Part shown: piece by piece, positions 46,719-56,341 of the stretch
How positions within the stretch are numbered: position 1 is the first letter of the stretch
Layout: every line of letters begins with the position of its first letter
NCBI GenBank assembly: GCA_041577295.1
Contig: JBFGJG010000019.1
Span: 4,420-68,419, forward strand
Length of the DNA: 64,000 nt
Source of the DNA: Gemmatimonadales bacterium
Lineage (GTDB): Bacteria; Gemmatimonadota; Gemmatimonadetes; Gemmatimonadales; GWC2-71-9
Reading direction: 5' to 3'
The notes under the pieces: generated by a model
What the model was told of the DNA's origin: nothing
Database searches by the model: none
What the model saw: the letters and a program-made list of their open reading frames with translations, nothing else
Program-made: the position numbers and the translations under genes

Positions 46719-47924
46719 CTAATTCTTATAAACGTTCCCACCCCTCATCACAAACGCCACCCGCCTGAGCGCCGTGACGTCTTCCAACGGGTTGCCGTCG
46801 AGTGCAATGATATCGGCGGCCATCCCTGGTGCGATCGACCCAGTCTCGTTGTGGAGGCCAAGAGACCGGGCGGCCCGGCTGGTGGCTGAGACGATGGCGT
46901 CCATGGGATCCTGCCCGCCCTCCTGCACGCGGTAGATCAGCTCCTCGAAGTTGCGACCGTGCGATCCAGCCACCGCATCTGTGCCAAACACGATAGCGAG
47001 GTTGGGTGTTTGAAGTGCCTGCCGAAACACCGCGAGCGCCTTTGGCACCGCGCGCTCCATGGCGGCAAACCCTTCTTCGGTGTAGTTACCAACGCCCAAG
47101 AACTTGGCTTTGTTTTCGAAGTAGTTGCGAAAGATCAGCCCGATGTGTGGGTCATAATACGTTCCGGCTTGTGCCATCTGGAGAAGGGTCTCCCGGTCCA
47201 GCAGCGCTCCGTGCTCGATGACGGTACAACGCGCATTTACCGTTCGGCGCGCGCTTTCGGGACCGTGCGCGTGCACGGCAATTCGCAGCCCCAAGCCCCG
47301 CGCCTCGTCACAGGCGGCGACGAGCTGTTCCTGCGTCATCGTTGGGCCACCGCCGTCACGAATGCTCTCTGACGCGAAGAGCTTGATCACCCGAGCGCCC
47401 TGTGCCTGTCGCTCCCGCACCACCACGCGGAGCTCATCCGGCGTACCCGATCGGGAGCCGAGCGGCGCAAGCGATGTGATGACGCGGGGTCCCGGTAGCC
47501 CGTGTTCGATTGCTTTGGCAACCGGTCCCTCGACCGGTGAGCCGAGACTCTGCACCGTCGTGATGCCACCCAACAGCGTGCGATACGCGTTCTCCGCCGT
47601 GTGAAGCGCCGCGTGCGCGGACTCGGCATCGGCGTCGCCTGACGCGGTGTGGATGCGATTACCGTCATCAAAGTGCCACGACAGGTGAACGTGCGTGTCG
47701 ATTCCGCCTGGCATCACGGTGAACGCCGAGAGGTCGTACGTCGTTGTGCCCGTGCTTGCTTGCACGGCGACGATTTCCGATCCGCGAATCACGACCGTTT
47801 GATCGGTGAGCACTCCGCCGCGGCCGTCCAACAGCATTCCAGCACGGATGGTCACTGGTGATTGCCCGAAGACAAGGCTGGATGCGGAGAAGGTCAGGCA
47901 GACGGCGATTGCGGCTTGCCGCAT
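46719..47924 (-). CDS. Secreted amidohydrolase-1 family protein (prolidase/imidazolonepropionase-like)
   Basis: PG-x-IDTHVH, G-x-TTV, HAHG, EHG, FGTDA and ADIIA-x-DGNPL. Confidence 0.92.
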   Translation of the reverse strand: MRQAAIAVCLTFSASSLVFGQSPVTIRAGMLLDGRGGVLTDQTVVIRGSEIVAVQASTGTTTYDLSAFTVMPGGIDTHVHLSWHFDDGNRIHTASGDADAESAHAALHTAENAYRTLLGGITTVQSLGSPVEGPVAKAIEHGLPGPRVITSLAPLGSRSGTPDELRVVVRERQAQGARVIKLFASESIRDGGGPTMTQEQLVAACDEARGLGLRIAVHAHGPESARRTVNARCTVIEHGALLDRETLLQMAQAGTYYDPHIGLIFRNYFENKAKFLGVGNYTEEGFAAMERAVPKALAVFRQALQTPNLAIVFGTDAVAGSHGRNFEELIYRVQEGGQDPMDAIVSATSRAARSLGLHNETGSIAPGMAADIIALDGNPLEDVTALRRVAFVMRGGNVYKN

Positions 47925-48085
47925 GACGATGCCCCGTTGTGTGGAAGGTCCTGCATATGGTGGCGTAACAAAGTGGCCTGCGGAAGGGGCACGGCGGGAA
48001 CCCTTCCCGCCGGGAATCGGTAGTAATAATCTCGGAGAGCGGCTCCTTCCCGCGTGCCGCCTACCTTCAACCGCCAGCTTGCCTC

Positions 48086-48511
48086 ATGACACGGATACTC
48101 CGCCTGTATCGACTCGTGTCCTTCAGCGCACTCGCCACGGCGTTCGTCGCGTGTGGTTCCGGTCCAGTCGAAATGAGTGGCCCCGGTACCCTCCTGGGGA
48201 CGTTGCACTCGCCCAATGGACCCGAGGGTGCGGCCGTAATCGATCTGGTAGGCCCAGGGCTTGGGCTCCTTCGGGTCGAAAGTGGGCTCGCGTTTACCAG
48301 CGTGTCAGGTGATGTCACGCGCGCCGTCATCCTGCGCGACCGGCCGGGCGTGATTGAGTTTACGCTCGAGGTACCCGATCGCGGCTCGCCTCCGGCCGTG
48401 AATCTCATCGAGGTGGCAGGCGGAGACGATCAGTTGCGGTCCTCACTCCAGGAGTATGCGGTCCGCTTCGCAGCCGTCCCGTCGTCTCCAGAGCGTGCGG
48501 CATCGCGATGA
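48086..48511 (+). CDS. Small beta-rich lipoprotein of unknown function
   Basis: FVA|C lipobox; alternating hydrophobic strands; ATGA overlap with the protease gene. Confidence 0.75.
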   Translation: MTRILRLYRLVSFSALATAFVACGSGPVEMSGPGTLLGTLHSPNGPEGAAVIDLVGPGLGLLRVESGLAFTSVSGDVTRAVILRDRPGVIEFTLEVPDRGSPPAVNLIEVAGGDDQLRSSLQEYAVRFAAVPSSPERAASR

Positions 48512-50133
48512 CGAACGTCCGCCTGTACACCCGGCTTGCTGTTCTGACAGTCAGTGTCTTACCACTGAGGCTGCTCGCCGCGCAGGACATCGAGGTGACT
48601 TCACAGGTCACCGGGGTTCCACTTCCGCCAGCGTACTTTGAGCGTATCGCGAGGCAACCGAACGCATTCGAGATCGAGGAGGGGTGGATCGCACGTGCTG
48701 CGCAGATGCGCGCGTCCGGGCAGGCGGTGACGGGCACGCTGCCGGTGGTAGTGATTCTCGCGTTGTTCTCCGATTCGCGAGAACCGTCCATCTCGCACAC
48801 TGATGTACAGCAGGCGCTGTTCGACGGCCCAACACCCAACGGCACTTTGACCGATTTCTACCGCGAGGCGTCGGGCGGGTTGCTCACGGTGTCCGGTCAG
48901 GCGCTGCCCTGGGTGCGCACGCAGATCACCCTGGCGGAGACGGTTGGAAACAACTTCGGGTTGGGCGGATCGCAGACCGGGGTGTATCTCACCCAGGCGC
49001 TCCAGATGGTCGATCCCGGCACCGACTTTGGCGAGTTCGACAACGACGGTCCCGACGGTATCCCCAACAGCGGGGACGACGATGGGTTTGCGGACGCCGT
49101 GGCGTTTCAGTTTCTCGAACCGGCAGCTTCCTGTCCGGGTCCTGGCATCTGGCCACATCGATCGAGCCTCGCCGCATGGAACGGGGAGCCGTTCGCGACC
49201 AATGATCTCCGCCCGAGTGGCGATCCCGTTTTCGTCAACGGGTACATCATTCAGAGCACAGTCGATTGTGGCGGCACCGAGATCCAGAACGCCGGCACGA
49301 TCGCCCACGAGATGGGACACGTGCTCGGGTTGCCTGATCTGTACGACAATATCGAAGGGATCCTCCCGGAGAACCGTTTTTGGGTGGTGGGGTGCTGGTC
49401 GCTCATGGCCGCTGGGGCATGGGGCTGTGGCACCACGCAAGATCGCACCCTGGTGCGAAGGCCCCCGCACATCGGCGCGTGGGAAAAGGTCCGCTTGGGG
49501 TGGGTCACCCCAGATTCGATCACCGCTACGACGGACTCCACTATCCTGCTGCAACCGATTCGCACGACTGGACAGTTGCTCAAAGTCCAACTTTCACAAA
49601 CGGAATACCTCTTGGTCGAGTACCGCGACAAGCAAGGGTTCGATCAGGACCTCCCCTCGGCGGGGGTGCTCGTGTACCGGGTGGACGACAAGCGCTTACT
49701 GAGACCGTGTCGCTCGTGCCCGCGTCTCTATCACGTGCAGTTGGTAGAGGCAGACGGGAACGAAGGGCTGGTGCGCAACATGCCACGGGGAGGGAATCGG
49801 GGTGAGGCGGGTGATGTGTTTGGGACGCAGGTCAACAGATTCACCAATGCCACCATTCCCTCGACCCGATTGACCACTGGTGCGGTGACCGCAGTGGCGT
49901 TTCACCGGATCGTGGTGGAAGACGGACACGCACGAGTCGAATTGTCCACCAGCGATCTCGAGGCTGCACGCCTCGTTGGGGTATTGCTCGGAACTGGGCA
50001 ACTCACGGACGACGAGCTGGCGTTCCTCGACAGGGTGGGTAACGCGAACGGCCGATACGACGTCGGCGACCTCAGGCGTTACCTCCGGGACCATCCGGCG
50101 GCGCGGTCAAGCGCACAGGCGTCATCGCCATGA
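48508..50133 (+). CDS. M6 (immune inhibitor A-like) zinc metalloprotease
   Basis: FDNDGPDG-x-PNSGDDDG, IWPH, HEMGHVLGLPDLYD, W-x-LM-x-x-G-x-W and EYLLVEYR. Confidence 0.93.
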   Translation: MTNVRLYTRLAVLTVSVLPLRLLAAQDIEVTSQVTGVPLPPAYFERIARQPNAFEIEEGWIARAAQMRASGQAVTGTLPVVVILALFSDSREPSISHTDVQQALFDGPTPNGTLTDFYREASGGLLTVSGQALPWVRTQITLAETVGNNFGLGGSQTGVYLTQALQMVDPGTDFGEFDNDGPDGIPNSGDDDGFADAVAFQFLEPAASCPGPGIWPHRSSLAAWNGEPFATNDLRPSGDPVFVNGYIIQSTVDCGGTEIQNAGTIAHEMGHVLGLPDLYDNIEGILPENRFWVVGCWSLMAAGAWGCGTTQDRTLVRRPPHIGAWEKVRLGWVTPDSITATTDSTILLQPIRTTGQLLKVQLSQTEYLLVEYRDKQGFDQDLPSAGVLVYRVDDKRLLRPCRSCPRLYHVQLVEADGNEGLVRNMPRGGNRGEAGDVFGTQVNRFTNATIPSTRLTTGAVTAVAFHRIVVEDGHARVELSTSDLEAARLVGVLLGTGQLTDDELAFLDRVGNANGRYDVGDLRRYLRDHPAARSSAQASSP

Positions 50134-51131
50134 GAGGTCTGGTCGTGCCCGCAATCGCCGTCGTGGTGCTGAGTGGTTGTTCGGATGCCACGATGCCGGG
50201 CGGGGTGCCGTCGCTTGTGTTCGTGTCCACGCGTGACGGCGATGAAGAGATCTACTTCGTCCACGAAACGGGTGCGCTACGCAACATCAGCAAGCACCCC
50301 GCTAGGGACTGGTCGCCGGTATGGTCACCGGACGGATGGCGGCTGGCGTTTGTCAGCGATCGGAACGGCAACGCCGACATCTACGTCGCCAGCTTTTTCA
50401 CACCCACGCCAAAGCTGGTCAACGTCAGCCGGCACGACGCAGCTGACGTCGAGCCCGCCTGGGCGCCGGACGGTTCCCGGTTGGCGTTTACCAGCTACCG
50501 TGATGGGGATGGTGAGATCTACCTGGTGAATCCCGATGGCAGCGCGTTGCGGAATCTCACGCAAGATCCAGCGCCAGATACGCAGCCGGCGTGGTCACCC
50601 GACGGCTCGCGCATCGCGTTCACCAGCGCCCGAGGATCGCGGAGCGACATCTTCAGCATAGACGTCACCCGGGGCGAGGTGCGCCGACTCACGGGAAGCG
50701 CCGAAGGCGACAGCTACGGACCCTCATGGTCCCCCACCGGTACGTTCGTGCTGTTCACCACGCTGCAAGATTCCCGAACCGACGTCATGATGGTCCAGTC
50801 GGACGCGACGGCACTGCAGAATCTCTCGCTGCATGCAGCGTTCGACGAGAACCCCACCTGGTCACCCGAAGGGTCACAGATCGCCTTCGAGAGCCTCCGT
50901 GATCTCGGGTGGGACATCTTCGTGTTACGGGGTGACGGGACGCTACTCAACATCACCGCGGGGCCTGGCTTTGAGAGTGCACCCGTCTGGTCGCCCGATG
51001 GCATGCGCATCGCCTTCGAAAGCAACCGTAATGGCAATTGGGATGTCTTCATTGCCAACGCGGACGGTACCGGTGTCATCCTCGTCGACGATAGTCCGGC
51101 CAACGAATCGTCGGTGACCTGGAGGCCCTAG
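50130..51131 (+). CDS. TolB-like PD40/WD40 beta-propeller lipoprotein
   Basis: LSG|C lipobox; six P-x-WSPDG-x-x-[LI]AF-x-S-x-R-type repeats. Confidence 0.92.
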   Translation: MRGLVVPAIAVVVLSGCSDATMPGGVPSLVFVSTRDGDEEIYFVHETGALRNISKHPARDWSPVWSPDGWRLAFVSDRNGNADIYVASFFTPTPKLVNVSRHDAADVEPAWAPDGSRLAFTSYRDGDGEIYLVNPDGSALRNLTQDPAPDTQPAWSPDGSRIAFTSARGSRSDIFSIDVTRGEVRRLTGSAEGDSYGPSWSPTGTFVLFTTLQDSRTDVMMVQSDATALQNLSLHAAFDENPTWSPEGSQIAFESLRDLGWDIFVLRGDGTLLNITAGPGFESAPVWSPDGMRIAFESNRNGNWDVFIANADGTGVILVDDSPANESSVTWRP

Positions 51132-51134
51132 GAG

Positions 51135-51164
51135 CCGTCCTTCCGTCCTTCCATCCTTCATCCT
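51135..51164. repeat. Intergenic octamer tandem repeat
   Basis: CCGTCCTT CCGTCCTT CCATCCTT CATCCT. Confidence 0.55.
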
Positions 51165-51212
51165 AGAATTCATCTCCGCTGACCTCAATCGCGCGCCTAA
51201 CGGAGGCTCCTC

Positions 51213-52676
51213 ATGCGCACGCGGCACTTCTCACACATCGTCATCGCTTCGCTGCTCACTCTGCTCGTCGCCTCTGGTGCAAACGCCCAAACAACGCCCA
51301 CGGAGCGTGCAGCAGCTCGCGACGTCATACGACAGATCGAGGATCTCCAGAATCGGCTCAAGCCCACGGAGAACGGTCAGCGCATGGCTCTCAAGCGGGA
51401 CGCGGACAGAGACCGTCTGTTTTCGCGCATCGATGAGTTGTGGGTGGGCGGCATGCGGGACCTGAGCGATTACATCGGTCAGAATCCCGAGGTCGGATGG
51501 CAGGAGTACAAATCGGTGGACACGCTCACGGCCGTGCTTCGCAGTTACGGGTTCGCAATCGAGACGGGGCAGGCGGATCTCGAGACCGCATTCGTCGGCG
51601 CGTGGGACTCACCGGCTGGAACGAACGGCCCCACCCTCGGCATCATCGTGGAATATGACGCCCTCCGCAGTACCACTGAACCGTTCCACGGGTGCCAGCA
51701 CAACGCGCAGAGTCCCGTTGGTTTTGCCACAGCCATCGCGTTGTCGGAGTACATGAATGATAGACGCGTACCAGGCCGTATACGCGTATACGGCACGCCG
51801 GCCGAGGAGATGGGACCGCCAGCGAAAACCATCATGTGGGAAGCGGGTGTGTTCGACGGGGTCGACATCCTCGTGCGAAGTCACGGCTCCGGCGAGACCT
51901 CGCGTAACCGCGCCGGCTTTGGAGTCTGTTGCCTCAACATCAACGAGGTGAAGTACATCTTCAAAGGAAAATCAGCCCACCAGCGCGCATCGTGGCACGG
52001 ACGCAACGCGCTCACAGCCGCGGTGATGTTCTACTCTGCGGTCGACGCGCTCCGACCTACGTTTCGTCCCGAGGCGTCGATTCAAGGTGTCATTCCCGAG
52101 GGAGGCGTTGCGCCAAACGTCGTGCCCGATCGCGCGGTGGTTGACTACTACATCCGCTACCCAGACGAAGTGTATTTGGCGCACATCGACTCGATGATGA
52201 CGAACGCGGCGCGTGGTGCCGCACAGGCTACCGGCACCGAAGTCGAGATCGAGCGCTACGGGGAGTACCGCGACGGCATTACCCTCGGTACGCTCGAAGA
52301 GTTGGCATTCGCGTACGCCGAGGCATTGGACGCACCGGAGATCAACCCCGAACCGCAAAGGCCGGCCGGCTATGAGGAGACTGGGTTCCTCACGCGAGAT
52401 ATCCCGGGTGTGGGCGTGAGCGTGTTCAGCTCACCGGCGGCGGGCCACACCATCGAGCGCTGGCTCGATTCGATGAAGCCGGTGGGGCATACCGGATTTC
52501 TGCTCGATGCCAAGATCATGACGGCCGTGCTCTATCACTTTCTCACGGATGCCCGCTTCCGCGATGCGGTGGCACAAGAGCATCGCACGATGGCTGCGCT
52601 GTTCGATGAGTACCTCGAGCGGCTGCGAGAGACGTACGCAGACGAGATTGGGAGGCCGCCAGTTGGGAGCCGTTGA
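51213..52676 (+). CDS. Secreted M20 amidohydrolase (AbgB/Acy1L2-like)
   Basis: PE-x-G-x-x-E, EYDAL, HGCQHN, GTPAEE, G-x-NAL and G-x-x-PNVVP. Confidence 0.9.
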   Translation: MRTRHFSHIVIASLLTLLVASGANAQTTPTERAAARDVIRQIEDLQNRLKPTENGQRMALKRDADRDRLFSRIDELWVGGMRDLSDYIGQNPEVGWQEYKSVDTLTAVLRSYGFAIETGQADLETAFVGAWDSPAGTNGPTLGIIVEYDALRSTTEPFHGCQHNAQSPVGFATAIALSEYMNDRRVPGRIRVYGTPAEEMGPPAKTIMWEAGVFDGVDILVRSHGSGETSRNRAGFGVCCLNINEVKYIFKGKSAHQRASWHGRNALTAAVMFYSAVDALRPTFRPEASIQGVIPEGGVAPNVVPDRAVVDYYIRYPDEVYLAHIDSMMTNAARGAAQATGTEVEIERYGEYRDGITLGTLEELAFAYAEALDAPEINPEPQRPAGYEETGFLTRDIPGVGVSVFSSPAAGHTIERWLDSMKPVGHTGFLLDAKIMTAVLYHFLTDARFRDAVAQEHRTMAALFDEYLERLRETYADEIGRPPVGSR

Positions 52677-52724
52677 TTGCTGACTGCTGATTGCTCTGTG
52701 TTGTTTTGTAGAGTGTTGAGTGTT
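52674..52724. repeat. Intergenic heptamer tandem repeats
   Basis: TGATTGC TGACTGC TGATTGC, then GAGTGTT x2. Confidence 0.55.
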
Positions 52725-52907
52725 GGCTGAGAACGGAAGGTAACTGGTGGTGCGGTTCGTCCTCCGTGCTTCAACCCTCTGTTCCATTTCATCTTTGCGC
52801 CCTACCACCTCCGAGCGAAGGTTCACCACTATTTCACCCCGCTTTCACATGGCGATCGAGAGTCTATGAATGGACGGCTATGAAAGCGTCGTGTTGGTGG
52901 AGGTTAG

Positions 52908-53228
52908 ATGGTTGGGGTCCTCATTATCCTCGCTGCGCTCCTGCTGATGGGAGCTGGCATTTTCGTCATGTTGCCAGCGGTCGGGGGCGGTTTGGTCGGC
53001 CATCGGGAAATCCAACTGGACGTGTGGTGCCCGGTTACGCGGAGGATCCAGCACCTCGACCTCGTGCTGGACTCGGAGGATCGGCTTTCGAAGTTGCGCC
53101 GGTGTGACTGGTTTGCCGGGGGACCACCATTCTGCGGCCACCCCTGTCTCGTCCAGCTCCGTCCGACGACCGTCCGTAAACGGTCAAGCCATCAACGACC
53201 TCTACTACAGCCTCACGCGCCGAACTGA
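52908..53228 (+). CDS. Small membrane-anchored protein with 4 Cys
   Basis: GGAGG RBS; N-terminal TM; WCP...RCDW...CGHPC. Confidence 0.68.
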   Translation: MVGVLIILAALLLMGAGIFVMLPAVGGGLVGHREIQLDVWCPVTRRIQHLDLVLDSEDRLSKLRRCDWFAGGPPFCGHPCLVQLRPTTVRKRSSHQRPLLQPHAPN

Positions 53229-53472
53229 GCGGCGCATCAGCCCCAACCGCTTCTCACCTGGATAGTGGACAGAGGATGGCACGGCGCGCGCGCCTGCGCG
53301 GTGTGTCGTTTTGGCGTAGACTGTATGGTCGCCAAACTGCAGCATGCGTGGCTCTGCCTGTCCGCCGGTCCTAATCCCGCCAATCCCGCCCCTCAACAGT
53401 AGATTGTACCGTCTCCACCACGAGCAAGGCGCCGTGAGCACCGTGTCCCCTCCATCGCTCCAAGGTCGTGCA

Positions 53473-55218
53473 ATGACCGAAACTGACGGCGGCACCCTCA
53501 TCGCCCGCATCCTTGCCGAGCAGGGTGTCGAGTTCGTATTCACGCTTTGCGGCGGGCATATCTCACCGATCCTCGTCGGCGCCAAGCGTCACGGGATTCG
53601 GGTGATCGACGTCCGTGATGAGGCGAGTGCAGTCTTTGCGGCCGACGCGGTGTCACGTCTCACCGGGGTTCCGGGAGTGGCCGCCGTCACCGCGGGACCC
53701 GGCGCGACCAACGCCATTACCGCGGTCAAGAATGCACAACTCGCACAATCACCGGTGATCGTCCTCGGTGGCGCCACGGCCACGATCCTCAAGGGGCGAG
53801 GCGCCCTTCAAGATATTAACCAGATGGCGTTGTTCCGGCCGCACGTGAAGCAAGCCATGACAATCCGTCACGTGCGTGACTTCGTACCGTATCTCGAGGA
53901 GGCCTTCCTCGTGGCGCAGGAAGGCGTGCCCGGGCCGGTGTTTGTCGAGTGTCCCGTTGATCTCCTCTACCCGGAGTCCGTCGTGCGGACGTGGTACCGA
54001 TCGGCCACACCACGTGCGGATGCCCATGCCCTCGGCGACCGGGTACGCCGCGCGTATCTGCGACGCCACCTCGATCGGATCTTCGATAACGCCGATCGCG
54101 TTGAGCCCGACGAGCGAGAACAACCCATTGTAGCACCCGTGACGGAGGGTGACGTGCAGCGGGCGATCGAGCGCATCACGCTCGCCCGTCAGCCCGTGCT
54201 CATGCTCGGGAGTCAGGCCATGCTGCATCCGGATGATGTGGAGGAGCTGGCCCATGCGGTGACCCGGTTGGGCATGCCGGTATATCTCTCAGGTCTTGCC
54301 CGCGGGCTGCTGGGCCGGGAGCACCCGCTTCTCCTGCGTCATCGTAGGCGCGAGGCGTTGCGCGAGGCCGATCTCGTGTTGCTCGCTGGGGTCCCGTGTG
54401 ATTTCCGTCTGGATTACGGGCGACAGATCAATCGCAGCGCGGTGCTGTTATCGGTCAATCGTAGCCGTAAGGATCTCACGAGGAACCGGCGGCCAAACGT
54501 GCCGATGTTTGGAGATCCGGCGGAGTTTCTGCGCCGGCTGGCAGGCTCGCTGGACGCGGACGACGGACAGTACGGCGATTGGCTGGACCGGTTGTTGGCT
54601 CGCGATGCCGAACGCGAATCCGAGATCGAGCAGCTGGCAAAGGAGCCTACCGAATACGTGAATCCGCTCGCCCTGTGCCGTGCTGTAGACGACGTTCTCG
54701 ACGAGGACAGTGTGCTAGTGTTAGACGGAGGCGACTTCGCAGCCACCGCGTCGTACATGACCCTGCCGCGTACGCCGCTCAGTTTCCTCGATCCCGGGCC
54801 GTTTGGCACCCTCGGTGTTGGGGGAGGGTATGCGCTCGGGGCCAAACTTTGCCGTCCTAGGGCCGAGGTCTGGCTGTTCTACGGCGATGGCTCGGCGGCC
54901 TTTAGCCTGGCCGAGTTCGACACCTTCGTTCGCCATGCCATTCCCGTGATTGCGATCGTCGGCAACGATGCGTGCTGGACCCAGATTGCACGGGGCCAGT
55001 GTGAAGTCTTTGGCGATGACGTGGCCACGCGGCTCCGGCGAACCGCGTATCACACCGTTGCCGAGGGGTACGGCGGAAAGGGACTGCTGCTCGAACGGCC
55101 CGAAAACCTCGAATCGACACTCGCCAAGGCCAAGGAGTTGGCTCGCCAGGGACACCCCGTGTTAATCAACGCCCTGATCGGCCAGACCAGCTTCCGAAAA
55201 GGGTCGTTGGCTATTTAA
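53473..55218 (+). CDS. ThDP-dependent enzyme (acetolactate synthase-like / 2-hydroxyacyl-CoA lyase IlvBL type)
   Basis: [36 protein letters not shown] and GDGS...GND. Confidence 0.93.
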   Translation: MTETDGGTLIARILAEQGVEFVFTLCGGHISPILVGAKRHGIRVIDVRDEASAVFAADAVSRLTGVPGVAAVTAGPGATNAITAVKNAQLAQSPVIVLGGATATILKGRGALQDINQMALFRPHVKQAMTIRHVRDFVPYLEEAFLVAQEGVPGPVFVECPVDLLYPESVVRTWYRSATPRADAHALGDRVRRAYLRRHLDRIFDNADRVEPDEREQPIVAPVTEGDVQRAIERITLARQPVLMLGSQAMLHPDDVEELAHAVTRLGMPVYLSGLARGLLGREHPLLLRHRRREALREADLVLLAGVPCDFRLDYGRQINRSAVLLSVNRSRKDLTRNRRPNVPMFGDPAEFLRRLAGSLDADDGQYGDWLDRLLARDAERESEIEQLAKEPTEYVNPLALCRAVDDVLDEDSVLVLDGGDFAATASYMTLPRTPLSFLDPGPFGTLGVGGGYALGAKLCRPRAEVWLFYGDGSAAFSLAEFDTFVRHAIPVIAIVGNDACWTQIARGQCEVFGDDVATRLRRTAYHTVAEGYGGKGLLLERPENLESTLAKAKELARQGHPVLINALIGQTSFRKGSLAI

Positions 55219-55399
55219 GGCGGGATTGGCGGGATCGATCTCATGGCCGTGCGGCTATCCTGCTGAAATCATTTAACTTGACTCCTATCTGCCCGCACTT
55301 GGGCGCCCCTTGAGGCTCGCTCTCTAGCTTTACACCCGAATCGGTGCGGTCGGTCACGCACATCGATTCTCTGGCGTCTTTCTCGGCGGTGAGGTACGA

Positions 55400-55627
55400 A
55401 TGTCGGTCTTAGCTCGACGATTAAGCGACGCCCAGTTCTCGACGCGGGAACTCGAGCGTATCCGATTAGCCGCACGCAATGCCTTTAACCTGACGTGTCC
55501 GCGCTGTGGGGCAGCGCTCACGTGGTCCACCATCAAGGAGCCCACCAGCCCACCCCGCGCTGTCTGCATGATTCGATGTTCGAGTTGCCGCCGCTTCTTG
55601 ATCTTGCGAAATGGCGAGGATCTGTAG
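55400..55627 (+). CDS. Small zinc-ribbon protein
   Basis: GAGG RBS; CPRC...CSSC. Confidence 0.65.
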   Translation: MSVLARRLSDAQFSTRELERIRLAARNAFNLTCPRCGAALTWSTIKEPTSPPRAVCMIRCSSCRRFLILRNGEDL

Positions 55628-55730
55628 CATCGTTCATATGTCCAACGTTGTGAGTTGGAACACAGTGCCTGACGCGGTGTTTTCTAAGGTTTAGAGGGGC
55701 ACCGAGACAAGTCGAGGCAAGGAAGGGAAT

Positions 55731-56126
55731 ATGATGCGACGGCTTCCTTTCGCTGTGGTGCTGGTTGCGATTCTGGCGTCTCCCCAACTGCTCGTTGGGC
55801 AGTCGGCCGATGGGGACGAGCAGTCGCCGACTGCCACAAAGACGCATGTGGTAGTCGAGAACGACAACATGTTGGACATGCGTATCTACGCCGTGAGCGC
55901 CGGTCGCAGGCATCAGTTGGGAACGGTCACAGGCTTCACCTCGGCGGTTTTTGTCTTGCCAAGCTGGTTGCTCGCGCAGAACGCACCGCTCCAGCTGATC
56001 GCCCTCCCTATCGGAACACGAAAGGATGTCGTCAGTCCGTTCGTGCTGGTCGATCCAGGGGATCTGGTGGAGTGGCAGCTGCGTGGAAACCTGGGGTTCT
56101 CGAACATCAGTGTGTGGAAGAGCTGA
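55731..56126 (+). CDS. Small secreted beta-sandwich-like hypothetical protein
   Basis: Signal peptide; V-x-V-x-N, D-x-x-IY and R-x-x-LG-x-V; AAGGGA RBS. Confidence 0.75.
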   Translation: MMRRLPFAVVLVAILASPQLLVGQSADGDEQSPTATKTHVVVENDNMLDMRIYAVSAGRRHQLGTVTGFTSAVFVLPSWLLAQNAPLQLIALPIGTRKDVVSPFVLVDPGDLVEWQLRGNLGFSNISVWKS

Positions 56127-56149
56127 TCTGACCACGTGAATCGCCCGAG

Positions 56150-56180
56150 ACGGCCGATCCCAAGCTAGATCGGCTGTTTT
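56150..56180 (+). terminator. Intrinsic terminator
   Basis: ACGGCCGATC / GATCGGCTGT stem followed by TTT, downstream of the stop at 56126. Confidence 0.65.
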
Positions 56181-56238
56181 GCTTCACGCTGCGCGTGCTT
56201 CTCTTCATCTCCGTGCTCCCCTTCTGCTCCACTACCCC

Positions 56239-56276
56239 CTCTGTGGGCTCCTATTCATCTCTGTGACCTCTGTGGT
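56239..56276. repeat. Intergenic CTCTGTG-type repeat
   Basis: CTCTGTG three times, including CTCTGTGAC-CTCTGTGGT. Confidence 0.5.
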
Positions 56277-56341
56277 TTGTGGGGGGTGGGGCCGTTCCCG
56301 CGCTTGACGATGTGGAATGGGCCTCAGAGCTTTCGTCTCCC

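Noticed and set aside
47992-48012. Hairpin CGGCGGGAA-CCC-TTCCCGCCG
   Set aside because: It lies between divergent starts with no U-tract; I cannot distinguish an operator from chance in GC-rich DNA.
50130-51131. Periodic DNA similarity as a CRISPR or repeat array
   Set aside because: Explained by PD40 protein repeats; there are no identical repeats with unique spacers. The same applies to the BNR gene at 33090-36302.
53374-55235. Insertion sequence or composite transposon
   Set aside because: No transposase and no target-site duplication; the repeats are low-complexity 9-mer tandems.
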